Shown here in pieces: positions 12,801-22,435 of a DNA stretch of 64,000 nt. Source of the DNA: Paraspadella gotoi (taxonomy: Eukaryota; Animalia; Chaetognatha); contig CM119267.1 in assembly GCA_051294375.1 (NCBI GenBank), positions 22,631,486 through 22,695,485 on the forward strand, read 5' to 3'. Position numbers and translations under genes: made by a program. Position 1 is the stretch's first letter; each line of letters opens with the position of its first letter. Below the pieces are notes generated by a model. The model did no database searches and had not been told where the DNA came from. It saw only the letters and a program-made list of their open reading frames with translations.

Positions 12801-15800
12801 GGATTTTAGTCCACCATACATCCCCCCTCCCGTAGGGAGAAGTCTGTTGCATCTCTTCAGTGAATTGTTGTTGTTGGTGGAAAGTTCGTCACCAAGTTGA
12901 CATGTCGCCTGATGTGTTGTGGGCGGAAAGTGCATCGCCAGGTTGAGCATGTCGCCTGAAAGTGTTGTTGTTGCTGTTGTGTTCGGAAGTCGGGCCTCAC
13001 CAATGAAGAGACAGTAATTATTGATAAGTGTTAATGACAGAACTGTTCAAATATAAGCAGTCCTGAGCTTCGGACCAGGCTGTAACACCATGTTACAGGC
13101 GGGTTAAGCGCCCGGTCCCTCTTAACTGCCAGACGACCACCGGGCTAGAACCCCGGACCTTTGGGTTTGGGAGGCGAATGTCTTGCCTCCGGCACCAATG
13201 GCCGCTGATGAACGGTTGGTGGATTTTAGTCCACCATAGAACTTTATTTTTCCTTCTTTCTCTTCGTTTTCCCAAAGCCCTTCCAGAGCGTATTCAACTC
13301 CGGGATCGCCCCCTTACCCTAATCTCAACCCTAATCCCTAACCCTAACCGTAAGCCCAACCCTAATCTCTAATATCTATCCTCTAAACTAACCTTATCCC
13401 TAACCGAACCCCTAAACAATTAATCCATCGTTCAAATTATCGTCGTCGTATTTGTCGATCCTGACTCTAAGTCATCCAGCCAGAGAGAGCGAGAGAGATT
13501 CGCTGCTCCGTCATACGGCAAGGGGGCATCCATGTTTGATAAGACCGACTTGCCTTCTGCACCAGTACCCTCAGAAGAAAACATTTTTGAAAAAAAAAAT
13601 TTAATCCCATAATCTATGATTATGATACATTATTTTAAGGCTGTATACATTAACATTTAAATTTTATCGGCTCTGGCAATTATTATTAAGTATTATTCAT
13701 ATTATAAAAAAAATTTGAAAAATATAAAAATAAAATTTTATTCTGGTTTGTGATACATTTACTACAGTATTTCCTTAAATGGTATCTTATTAATCATAAA
13801 AATGAAGCAATACAAAAATTCAATTGTTTTAATAGGAACTGACAGATTGATAGTATGATCCAATTTCAAAGTAAAATTTTATAAGTAAAAAATGCTTCTT
13901 CCGAAATTTACCCTCTGTGTAAAATGTTACGAATTGGTGGGGAAAAAAGTCAAATATTTTTTTATTAGTTTGAAAAATATTATAACCCGATTACAAGTAT
14001 ATTACAAGTTTTTTCGTATAAGTCTAGATTGAAGTCCCTGTTAACACAACTCACTTCTCTTCTACTCCGCGTCCAATGACTTCCCCTCTCAGCTCCACAG
14101 CTGTGGAAAGAGTGGAGAGATTCTCTTTGAAGTTAGCTCTCCATCCTGGAAAGGCGTCGGCACAGACAGTATCATTGAATAGGCGATTAGAGGCAGCAGC
14201 AATGGTGGAGCAGAGAGAATCTGAGCTTCTCCATACCATTGCCGCTATTCCGAAGCCTGTCCGAGCACTGTAGTGAGCCGCGGTAAAAATTACCATCAAG
14301 TACCCGATGACCATAATGAAGCTCTGAATATAGTGGTGGAGCCGGAGGGGTAGTAATTATAGTGAGAGCATGTATTAATTCTGTAGTAAAGATGAATAAG
14401 TTTTATTGTTTCACTTGTAATCTCCATGACAAGAAATTTTGGACGTAAAACACAAGGCGTAGGAACTTGAAGGCTGGCTTGAATATTGTAATAAATCGTA
14501 TGATAGTAACATAACCGCCCTAAGTGAATAATATGGTTATTGGTTAGAACTATCTTAATTATGATTAATAACTAAGCAAATCAGTAAAACACTAAATAAA
14601 TTATAAATGGGATAACAGAGAATTCTTTGTTAAATTGAATATCAATATCTATCAATCAATATTTAATATGCAATCAATCAAAAAACATAAACTAGCAAAC
14701 TGGAAAAGAATAAAGTTTGGCAACCGAGGGAAATCTATTTGACTGGCCCAAGGAGTTTGAGTGGTCATCTACTGTCACAGACCTGTTATGTATATTGCAA
14801 AATTACTTGTTTCACTATCTATAGTTTTTAGGTGGTAATTGGTAATATTCTTATTTTTACATTAATGCTTTATGAAATTGGTACAAGCCATATAAAAATT
14901 ATCCATTCAGCTATCTTGCTCCTGACTTTGAACAGGCTTTGGTGGTTTAAGGCATCCATCACTCTTACAAGATAATGACATAGCAGGCTCCTGCAAGCTT
15001 TCAATCAAGACTCTCTCACTCTCTCGTTTATTCACTCCCAAGGTACCTGGTAAAGAGACAGTAATTATTGTTATGTGTTAGTGATAGAACCTTTCAATAT
15101 AAGCAGTCCCTGAGCTTCGGATCAGGCTGTAACACCGATTTACAGGCGGGTTAAGCGCCCCGTCCCTCTTAACTGCCAGGCGACCACCGGGCTAAAACCC
15201 CGGACCTTTGGGTTGGGAGGCGAATGACTTGCCTCCGGCACCAATGGCCGCTGATGAACGGTTGGTGGATTTTAGTCCACCATACATCCCCCCTCCCATA
15301 GGGATAAGTCTGTTGCGTCTCTTCAGTGAATTGTTGTTGTTGGTGGAAAGTTCATCACCAAGTTGAGGCATGTCGCCTGATGTGTTGTGTGCAGAAAGTG
15401 CATCGCCAGGTTGAGGCATGTCGCCTGAAAGTGTTGTTGTTGCTGTTGTGTTCGGAAGTCAGGCTCACCAATAAAGAGACAGTAATTATTGTTAAGTGTT
15501 AATGACGAAACCGTTCAATATAAGCAGTCCCTGAGCTTCGGATCAGGCTGTAATACCGAGTTACAGGCGGGTTAAGCGCCCCGTCCCTCTTAACTGCCAG
15601 GCGACCACCGGGCTCGAACCCGGACCAATGGCCGCTGATGAACGGTTGGTGGATTTTAGTCCACCATACTGGCATCCCTATCAATGAAATGGTATAAAGT
15701 TTCAAAGAATGTTTCAATTATGTTATTTTTTGAATATTGGGAACCCAGACTAAAAAAAGCTCTCACTACGCAACTAAACTATGTATCAAACCTGCTCCAT

Positions 15801-18800
15801 CATCAACTTATAGCGGCAAGCTTTTCGCCCTGTCACTACTCCGTAAGGAGTGTGAATTCCCAGGCTGATCCAAATTAAAAAATCGGCAGTGAAAACCATC
15901 ACGAGAGGAATCCCAAAGACTTCGTCGGCAAGTATAGGGAGCCAAGATTTCTCCTGTCTCATCGGGATGACTTCAACGATAATTTCGAACCAGTTCAGTG
16001 GGTGGTAGTTGAAGAGAAAAACGGGAAAACCAATCAAAGCCAAAACAGAGAGCGTTATATTGAGTTGGTGAACCTCTGATGGAATCAAAAAAGAGATGAC
16101 CTTACATTAGTGAAAAATATTATTTTCTCAGTCTATTCTTAACTCTTCTATTGGAACATCTTTGTCAAAATATTTTATCTTGTTTAGTTAGTTGGTTTTT
16201 GTAAAAGTATTTAATCCTAAAAGTTATAAGACTAAATTGGGAAACCTTTTCGGTCCGTGTGCCACATGTTCTGATCACAACTACAGGTCTTTTTTTTTCC
16301 CTTTTCAGGTATTTCCAGTTGAAGGTAATCTACAGGGAAAGTTTGACTTGGCCCTTTCTCGAATTTCTTGAGCGCGAGAAGGAGTTGTGGCGAGGTTGTG
16401 GGCAGATTCTCGTTGTGGAAAAAGCAAGTGGAAGTGTGGACGATTGCGTGGTGATTAGACAAGATAATCTGTATTTATAAGAAAAAAACAAAACATGCAA
16501 TAACTAAAACTCTTAAACTCTATTCAAAAGTAGTCGTTTTATATTTTAAAAATTAAAATTCATTAATTCATACACTACTCTGCAAAGTTTAATTTCAAAC
16601 AACCCTAACACAAAATAAGCCGCATTTTATTTGTGATCACGTGACTGTAGTTTTTTGTGGTCACGTGATTACACAAGTGCACAACACATGCACAAGAATC
16701 ATTTAGTAATGTCTTACTAGTCTGCCAAGTATTAACTATTGAATATCTAAAATATCTTTTTTATGACATGCACTGTATCGAAATTTCATCTTTTATTCTT
16801 TATAGTAGTAGGATTTCCTGAAGGCGGCGCTAACAGTCTCTTAGATTTGAGGTTTTTCCTGTCTTATGAGGTTTTTCCTGAGTTATGAGCATCTTTAATG
16901 GACCGACGGACAGACATACCAACCGACCGACCAAAAAAGTGACTCAGAGTTGGTTTGCAAGTACTTGTGGCGTAACTAAAAACCTTCAATTTTTTTATAA
17001 TAAACCTTTTGATTCTTTTTTGAAAGTTTTTGGGCAATTTTCCGAAATTTCTCGTGCGACAGAACCCAAATCTCACAATCAGTGATAGCAACAAACAGGA
17101 TAGGACTTTGGAGATCATAAACGACTGTGATCTCACCTAACAGCGAAAACAGTTTAATCATATAGATCGAAGATGATACAGAAGCTGAATAGAAAAAGTA
17201 TGTATTTTGCATAGAACGTACCAAAAACGTCATTTTCCCCCAGTATCACCATTGAAGAGTTTTGCCCATCAAGACCAATAGCCGCTACATATCCTCTACG
17301 AATCATCATCAACCCTTAAAAATTAAAATTTTTGTTCTTTTTTCCGAGAGTGCCCCGTTTCTGTTCGTTTATCCCAGAATTTAATTTGAACTTCTATATT
17401 TATCCTTAACCCAAATCTCTAACCCTAATCTAATTCTGATCACTAACCCCTTATCCCTAATTTTTAACTCTATCCAGTAACCAAGTCCCTAACCTTAATC
17501 ACTAACCCTAACCTTTTTCCTAATCTTTAACTAAAACAAGTTTGAGCAAACAATGTCGGATCTGCCCACGATCATTAGCGGTAATTAATTAATTAATATA
17601 AATTAAAATAATAATTTAATCAATAAATTAAGTAATTTGATCCAAAATTTTTTTTTTAGGTCTTTTCGTTACTGACCACGACAAAAGCAACGACGACGAT
17701 GATGGCGACGACGACTATAATGCCGATAAAGATTGACTTGATTAATTGATTAAGTATTTTATTTATAAATAAATTGATTGATTGAATAATTAATTAATAG
17801 ATAACTAAATGAATTGATTGATTGAATAATTAATTATTTGATTAATTGAACGATTAATTAATTATTTATTAATTAATTGATTAATTAACTGATTAATTAT
17901 TTGATTAATTAATACATCTTGCATTTACATTTAATATAAAAAGAAAAAGAAGCTTAATCAATTAGTGAAACAGGTTTTTTTGTTTTTTTCATTTAAACTC
18001 ATTTCCACTCAGACGATTTTATCGAAACTTTATTTCTAGCTTAAACACACACTTTCCTACTCACAAAAATTCAAGTAAATCACCCCATCCACTTATGAGT
18101 AATTGGCGTTCAAATAGTGAAATAGATTTTTTTGTTTTTTCCATTTAAACTCATTTCCACTTGTACGATTCCATTGAAACTTAATATCTAATCTAATATC
18201 ATACACTTTCCTACCCACACACAAAATTTTATTCCAATTCATCATGATTAATTGGAGTTTAATGCTAAAGGGGGACGGACAGACAGACGGACGGAAGGAC
18301 ATCATTTTTTTTGCATTATTTTTCAAAATTCGAGTTTCTAATATTATAAAAATGATTTACCGACAAGATTTTGGGGTTGAACCGATGGACCGACAAAGTG
18401 AATTATAGAGTTCGAATCTGCTGATAAGTAGATGCGACTAAAAATTCCGAATGTTAAAAAGTTCAATACAAAATCTTTGGATTTAAGAAAAATCTTACCA
18501 GCCAAATTTGTGTTAGGCCTGGCTATGGGGTAGCCTTTTGTGTACAGTTCAGAGTGGCAAATTTTTGCAATGATCTTCAAAACCTTTGAATCGACGTCGC
18601 GAAAAATACGAAGTTGAGACAGAGTCTTCATACTTGTTTCTTCTATAATTAGATCCTTGAAATTAAAGTGAAGAGACAACAATTAAAAATGTTGAAAACG
18701 AATTCACGTATTAATATTTACCATGTAAGGATTCGGTAATCGTTTAAACATATCTTTATCCAATAAATCAAGATGCCAGAAATACTTCAAACTACAAAAT

Positions 18801-21800
18801 TTTTTAATGAGACTTGCTCTCTCTTCATCAACGTTTTTTAACTGTAAAAATAATCGATATCATCATAACTTTAGATGTTACATCATTTTTAACATCATTC
18901 TTCCTCTTACTCTTCTCTACTATCTAGGAAAAAAGTATATCACATAATTATTATTATAATAATTATTCAATAAAATATATAAAATAAAGGTAAAACATTA
19001 TCAATTTTTGGTATGCTTTCCCTCAGCATCAATTACTGACTACATTTATGAGGTGCAATGCCTTTAGCATTACCTATTTAAAAAAAATAACTAACTTTAT
19101 TTGAAATAAAAATAAATAACTAAATACAAAAAATGGTGAAAAACTAAACTCTGGGAGTTACTGAAAAAAAATTCAATGTAAATTCGGAAACATTCTGTTT
19201 TTTTTTAAATCAAACAAGTTTTTTAGTAGATATCCACGACAAAAAATGTGTTATACTTTTTTCCTAGATAGTAATAATTGCAATTTCTTTAAACGCCATC
19301 ACAAGGATGATATATAAGATGATTTATATTTCTGGTTTAATTGATCGATGTTAAACTTGACCTATCCCGGTCTGTCTCTTTCTCTCTCTTTCTGTCTTTC
19401 TCTGTTGCTGCTGATGATAGAATTCTATGATGTGAATCTTAATATGAAAATTTATCTCATACTAATAATCTAATTTTCATTCTTTCAATTCTGTATTTCA
19501 ACATTCAACTTTGGTATCTATGTAACATATCATCTTGATTAAAAAATGTTAAAGATGACTCCTTATTTTTTTTTGCTGTAAAAACATCAGCATATGATGG
19601 TCAGAAAAGATATTTTCTTTCAATGCACTAAGAGATAATGATAAACCTGGCAATATGTATTGACTATTTCCATTTGTCGGCTGAACTCCGCGAGTGGATG
19701 ATGCTTTGTCAAGTAATATGTGCTATAAATCGCAGCAATGTGTAGAGTATAACCAAAAGTGCCCAGCAGCATTGTGAGATTCAGGATCCATAACTCAAGG
19801 TAGTTCCTGTGATTAAATTCTCCATTAATTTGGGAAGTTAATGAGCACCCCATGTTAATTAGCAAATGAAATCGACAAATCTCCAATGTTGAAGTGGCAT
19901 ATTGGGTTTGGTATTAAAGCAATAGCCGTTTTCAAGCTTATATCTAAGTGGTAGTGATGTAACCTCAGATTTTGAATGACTGACTGCCTGGTTAGCCAAA
20001 AAATCTAAGAAATTCCAATCCTAGCCTTGAGGCCTTAAACCACCAAAGCCTGTTCAAAGTCAGGGGCAAGATAGCTTATTTATTAAATGAATGGATAATT
20101 TTTATATTGGTTGTAACAATTTCATAAAATTCAGCTCTTTGTATTTTGATGCTGGCGGAGTACAATATAGTATTCCCCAATCTAATACTTAAGGAGGTGG
20201 TCTTTTAATACAATTGAAACATTCTTTGAAATATTATACCACTTCATTGATAGGGAAGCCAGGTACTCTGGGAGTGAATAAACGAGACTGTTAGAGAGTC
20301 TTGATTGAAAGCTTGCAGGGACCTGCTATGGCATTTTCTTGTAAGAGTGATGGAGGCCTTAAACCACCAAAGCCTGTCCAAAGTCAGGGGCAAGATAGCT
20401 TATTTATTAAATGAATGGAGATTTTTTCTATCGGTTGTACCAATTTCATACAATGCATTATATTAAATACATTTTATCTACAGAAATCTGAACCCACTGA
20501 TTCTTCCCTGGGTAAGACTTCATCTGAGCCAATTTGTCTAGTCGCAATAAAGACGAAGTGTTGGGAGAGCATTGGCATCAGCGAAATTGAGGTTCGGCAG
20601 AAAGAAGCGAAACGTAAACTCGGGAGGGGAAACGCCCCAGTCCCCGGTCGTGGAGAAGTAGAAGAATTGATTGTGTTGAAAACGATCGGTACCACTGGAA
20701 GATTTTTGCTTTGATTGGGGGATAAAAATAAAGAGGAAAGTTAGGTTAAGACCTAAGACCTTTCATATTTAGTGTCTTGTAAGATTTGACAAGGGTTAGT
20801 GATATAGATATGAATTTTTGTATTCCAGTTTGTTATTTTTATTTCACGCTTTTTTTACTGGCAAAACAACGTTATTAGCTAGGTGACTCACACCAGGTGA
20901 ATGAACCACGTTCGCTTAAGACACTCCCCAAGATTGAGGCGAATCAGAGAGCATTTATCATTGACGCAGTCAATCACACGAAACTTCTCATCCGGCAACT
21001 TGAAGTAGCTTAAACACATGAGGAAAAAAGAAAGAATATTTGTAAGTTATAAATTATTTAATTCCTGACGTTCAGATCAGGCTGCACTGGCTGCAGCATT
21101 ACGCTATTGGAAGATTAATGGGCCCATCCCACTTATTTATGAGGCGGCTCTGCCTTTGGAACGCAGCAATGACAGGAGGCAAACATATTGAGTCTGAGAC
21201 CATTGCCGGCTGCGATCGGTTTTATGTCATTACAACATCTTTCAATACTTGTTTCCACAATAAATAAACGGGAGGGCCAGCCAGAAGGAGGCGTAGGCCT
21301 GCTCGAGAATGAATCCCCAGATCATAATGACAACAACGTTGAAGTGCTTCCCGAGGTACAACTTTAGGAAGACGGCATCACGAACAATGAAAAAGGCACG
21401 GAAAACCCCTTTGACAGTTGGAAAAAGAGGAGGGTTCAAGATTAACTCATATAATCAAACATCAAGATACTGTTTGATATAGTATTGTGCTCAATGTAAA
21501 AGCTAATATCAAGTTCAACTTGTTCACCTATGTAGTTAAAGAAATAACAAATTAAGTCCCCAATCCACTGTCCAAACAACGCATGAAGAATAGGCAAAAG
21601 AACTTGGTAGGGAAATGCAAGAAGTAGTGGCTTCCTATTAAATGACAGTTAGAGTTAAGAAACAAAGAAATAAATAGTAAAAGAATTTAGAATATCAATA
21701 AAACATAGGACAAATTTGTACAAAATCAAACATGTATATGTAATTTTTGTAATGTATTTATCACTTTTAACCACTATTTTAGAATGTAAGAAAGCTTATT

Positions 21801-22300
21801 TAAAAATTTAATTTTTTAAGCTGCCTATATCACCACCCACATTACTCACCACATGTTCCTCGTGACATCGGGAAGAACTCTTGTGCGATCGATTATTAAT
21901 TCCTCGTTTTCATAATATCCAACAAAGCAACTGAGCATCACCCGAATTACCATAGTCAGCTGTAATTTTATTGAATTTTATTGTGACCTTTCACTGAAGC
22001 GCATAGTCTCCGAATTTATTTGTCTGGTTTATCGACTTACCTGAAACCAAACCCCAATTGGCACACCCGGAATAATTTGTAATGTAATGCTACGTAAATT
22101 TTCTGGCCGCCTGTTGCCATCCCAAGTAACTTCCCAGGATGGTTGAGGTTCGTAGATGCTGAACAATGGGATTTGGGCTCAGAAATTCACAAAAATTTAA
22201 AAATAAAACTCTTGATACAAAACCTGAATTTTCTTTCGGTTTCCGTGAGAGGATTAAAGTACGGCGGTCCCTCTGGCAAGTTTTCCCATTGAACTTCAAA
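900..22300 (-). CDS. Multi-exon gene for a four-repeat (6TM + cyclic-nucleotide-binding domain) channel-like protein, CNGK-like; continues past the window's left edge; boundaries approximate
   Basis: Manually spliced exons repeat the CNG/HCN pattern. S2 ends: LSCFVGYYENEELIIDR (21850-21959), ISLGIHTPYGVV (~15790-16090), HLSFYSPSGKFVK|DP (6849), VRIHSG (~940). S3: LAFPYQVL (~21600), SRFPWEVI (~6720). Three CNBDs: 18499-18655 + ~17220-17315 + ~17005-17137 (GLMMIRRGYV..GENDVFGEITVV), 7250-7600, and 2260-2500 + ~1900-2110 (PGSWFGT..WRGT). GT-AG sites flank most exons. Confidence 0.8.
3998..5181 (+). mobile_element. Internally deleted Tc1/mariner DNA transposon with transposase remnant (4771-5091)
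   Basis: TA-flanked ~25-bp TIRs: cagatctgctcaaaaaaaagtttaa and ttaaactttttttggaccagatctg. ORF has FMEDGAPG...WPRNSPYCNIIQNVW, a degenerate Tc1 FQQDNAP..WPxxSPDLNPIENxW (catalytic E replaced by Q); N-terminal half missing. Confidence 0.88.
5542..6644 (+). mobile_element. DINE-1/HINE-like non-autonomous Helentron-type element, copy A
   Basis: Subterminal IR gtcggatctgc (5548) / gcagatccgac (6614), short 5' inverted repeat, GTCY microsatellite (~5665-5710), internal tandem repeats, small 3' hairpin gtttg-ct-caaac, T-rich insertion site; homologous to 17535-18444. Confidence 0.75.
6262..6548. repeat. ~18-19-bp minisatellite (aaaaaatgatgcRagttR)n inside the HINE, preceded by ~3 copies of a ~120-180-bp unit (5740-6210)
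   Basis: About 15 directly visible tandem units with variable A-run length. Confidence 0.9.
6849..7859 (-). CDS. Large exon of the CNGK-like gene: C-linker, CNBD2, and S1-S2 of repeat 3
   Basis: 342-aa ORF with C-linker (LLKKVLYDYVIH), CNBD beta-roll (HFPPGVFL..VYKIIRGQCAVV), then hydrophobic S1-S2; GTGAGT donor at 6848. Confidence 0.8.
8015..8800. mobile_element. Putative MITE with imperfect TIRs
   Basis: gtgcaaaaaagaggacac (~8022) versus gtgtcctc(t)ngcac (~8777-8799); internal direct repeat ggaatccatatgtg..aagaaaatYggt.cagtcatt at ~8116 and ~8500. Confidence 0.5.
8308..8427. repeat. 41-bp inverted repeat enclosing a hammerhead 3' half (GAGTCGAAACATGTA) and AATAAA; Penelope-like pLTR remnant
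   Basis: tttagagatgaaacgaaaaattcgttgtaatagcaattttt and its reverse complement; same gagtcgaaacatgt motif as 11588-11740. Confidence 0.55.
9897..9964 (-). mobile_element. Truncated fragment of the twister/tRNA LTR
   Basis: ttacaggtgggttaagcgccccgtccctcttaactgct..gcgaccacggggctggaaccccggacct aligns to the LTR core of 12586-13238. Confidence 0.85.
10305..10445. repeat. Telomere-like G-rich minisatellite (aagttagggttaggggt)n
   Basis: Tandem ~16-17-bp units containing TTAGGG; similar degenerate TAACCC/GGGTTA tracts at ~5245-5355, 13315-13415, 17400-17530, 28555-28600 and 44570-44890. Confidence 0.85.
11588..11740 (-). repeat. Near-perfect 68-bp palindrome with a minimal hammerhead core (Penelope-like inverted pLTR)
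   Basis: Arms 11588-11655 and 11672-11740, 16-nt spacer. Minus strand reads CUGAUGA-GACUC-gaaucaaca-GAGUC-GAAA-CAUGUU, followed by AAUAAA. Confidence 0.65.
12637..12713 (-). ncRNA. Predicted type-P5 twister ribozyme, copy A 3' LTR
   Basis: GGCAGUU(P5)-AA-GAGG(P2')-GACGGG-GCGCU-U^AA-CCC(P2)-GC(T2)-CUGUAA..UUACAG(P3)-CCUGA-UCCGAAGC-UCAGG(P4/L4)-GACUGCU(P5'); predicted cut between 12689 and 12688. Confidence 0.78.
13056..13130 (-). ncRNA. Predicted type-P5 twister ribozyme, copy A 5' LTR
   Basis: Same fold; P4 A-U replaced by G.U; one T1 mismatch (GACCG); predicted cut between 13106 and 13105. Confidence 0.7.
13133..13205 (-). promoter_or_regulatory. tRNA(Gly)-derived cassette (putative internal Pol III promoter) in the LTR; also ~12716-12785, 15180-15251 and a deleted copy at ~15601-15635
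   Basis: 72-73 nt; acceptor stem GCGGCCA/TGGTCGY; A-box-like TGGTGCCGGAGG; T-arm CCGGG..CCCGG with B-box-like GGTTCGAGCC/GGTTCTAGCC; ATTCGCCTCCCA resembles the tRNA-Gly(CCC) anticodon region but that stem is broken. Confidence 0.75.
15102..15177 (-). ncRNA. Predicted type-P5 twister ribozyme, copy B 3' LTR
   Basis: All core elements intact; differences confined to the P3 apex; predicted cut between 15153 and 15152. Confidence 0.8.
15523..15598 (-). ncRNA. Predicted type-P5 twister ribozyme, copy B 5' LTR
   Basis: All core elements intact; predicted cut between 15574 and 15573. Confidence 0.8.
17535..18444 (-). mobile_element. DINE-1/HINE-like element, copy B (inverted relative to copy A)
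   Basis: Begins aacaagtttgagcaaacaatgtcggatctgcc (reverse complement of copy A end); shares core gacaaagtgaattatagagt and catttaaactcatttccact units; different central filler (attg/atta repeats). Confidence 0.75.
20210..20460. repeat. Dispersed repeat, inverted paralogue of 14863-15050 + 15673-15720; partial local duplicate at ~20030-20130
   Basis: Its reverse complement aligns continuously across the insertion point of retroelement copy B. Confidence 0.88.
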
Positions 22301-22435
22301 AAAGCGGGATATATTTTTTTTTAAATATCATTTCTTCCGTGTGTTGCGCAGCAGTGACTGCCTTAACACGTGTATTTCTCATAACATGACATGACATGAT
22401 GTGATATGACGTGATATGAACTTTCTTAGCCCATG

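Larger units (their letters stand above)
12586..13238 (-). mobile_element. Non-autonomous mini LTR retroelement (TRIM/retrozyme-like), copy A
   Basis: Direct repeats 13004-13238 (5' LTR) and 12586-12818 (3' LTR); 4-bp TSD GAAC (12582-12585, 13239-13242); PBS-like TGGTGAGGCCCGAC 1 nt after the 5' LTR; PPT GGGAGGGGGGA (12821-12831) 2 nt before the 3' LTR; 185-bp non-coding interior. Confidence 0.92.
15051..15668 (-). mobile_element. Non-autonomous mini LTR retroelement (TRIM/retrozyme-like), copy B
   Basis: LTRs 15472-15668 (internal ~37-bp deletion) and 15051-15284; TSD CTGG (15047-15050, 15669-15672); PBS-like TGGTGAGCCTGAC; PPT 15287-15297; empty site seen in the paralogous host repeat at 20259-20262. 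Confidence 0.93.

Noticed and set aside
12785-12816. Plus-strand hammerhead at CTGATGA in the LTR
   Set aside because: No stem II closed by GAAA follows; the twister fold on the opposite strand explains the conservation.
12705-12950. 81-aa and 75-aa (15192-15419) ORFs in the mini-element
   Set aside because: Starts and frames are not conserved between copies, and no Gag/RT/IN similarity is visible.
13133-13205. Functional tRNA-Gly gene or ordinary tRNA-SINE
   Set aside because: Anticodon and D stems are broken; there is no A-rich tail, and the cassette sits inside LTRs with 4-bp TSD, PBS and PPT.
21064-21096. Twister P3/P4 look-alike (cctgacgttcagatcagg-ctgca..tgcag)
   Set aside because: L4 differs and no T1, T2, P2 or P5 partners were found; chance or a very decayed remnant.
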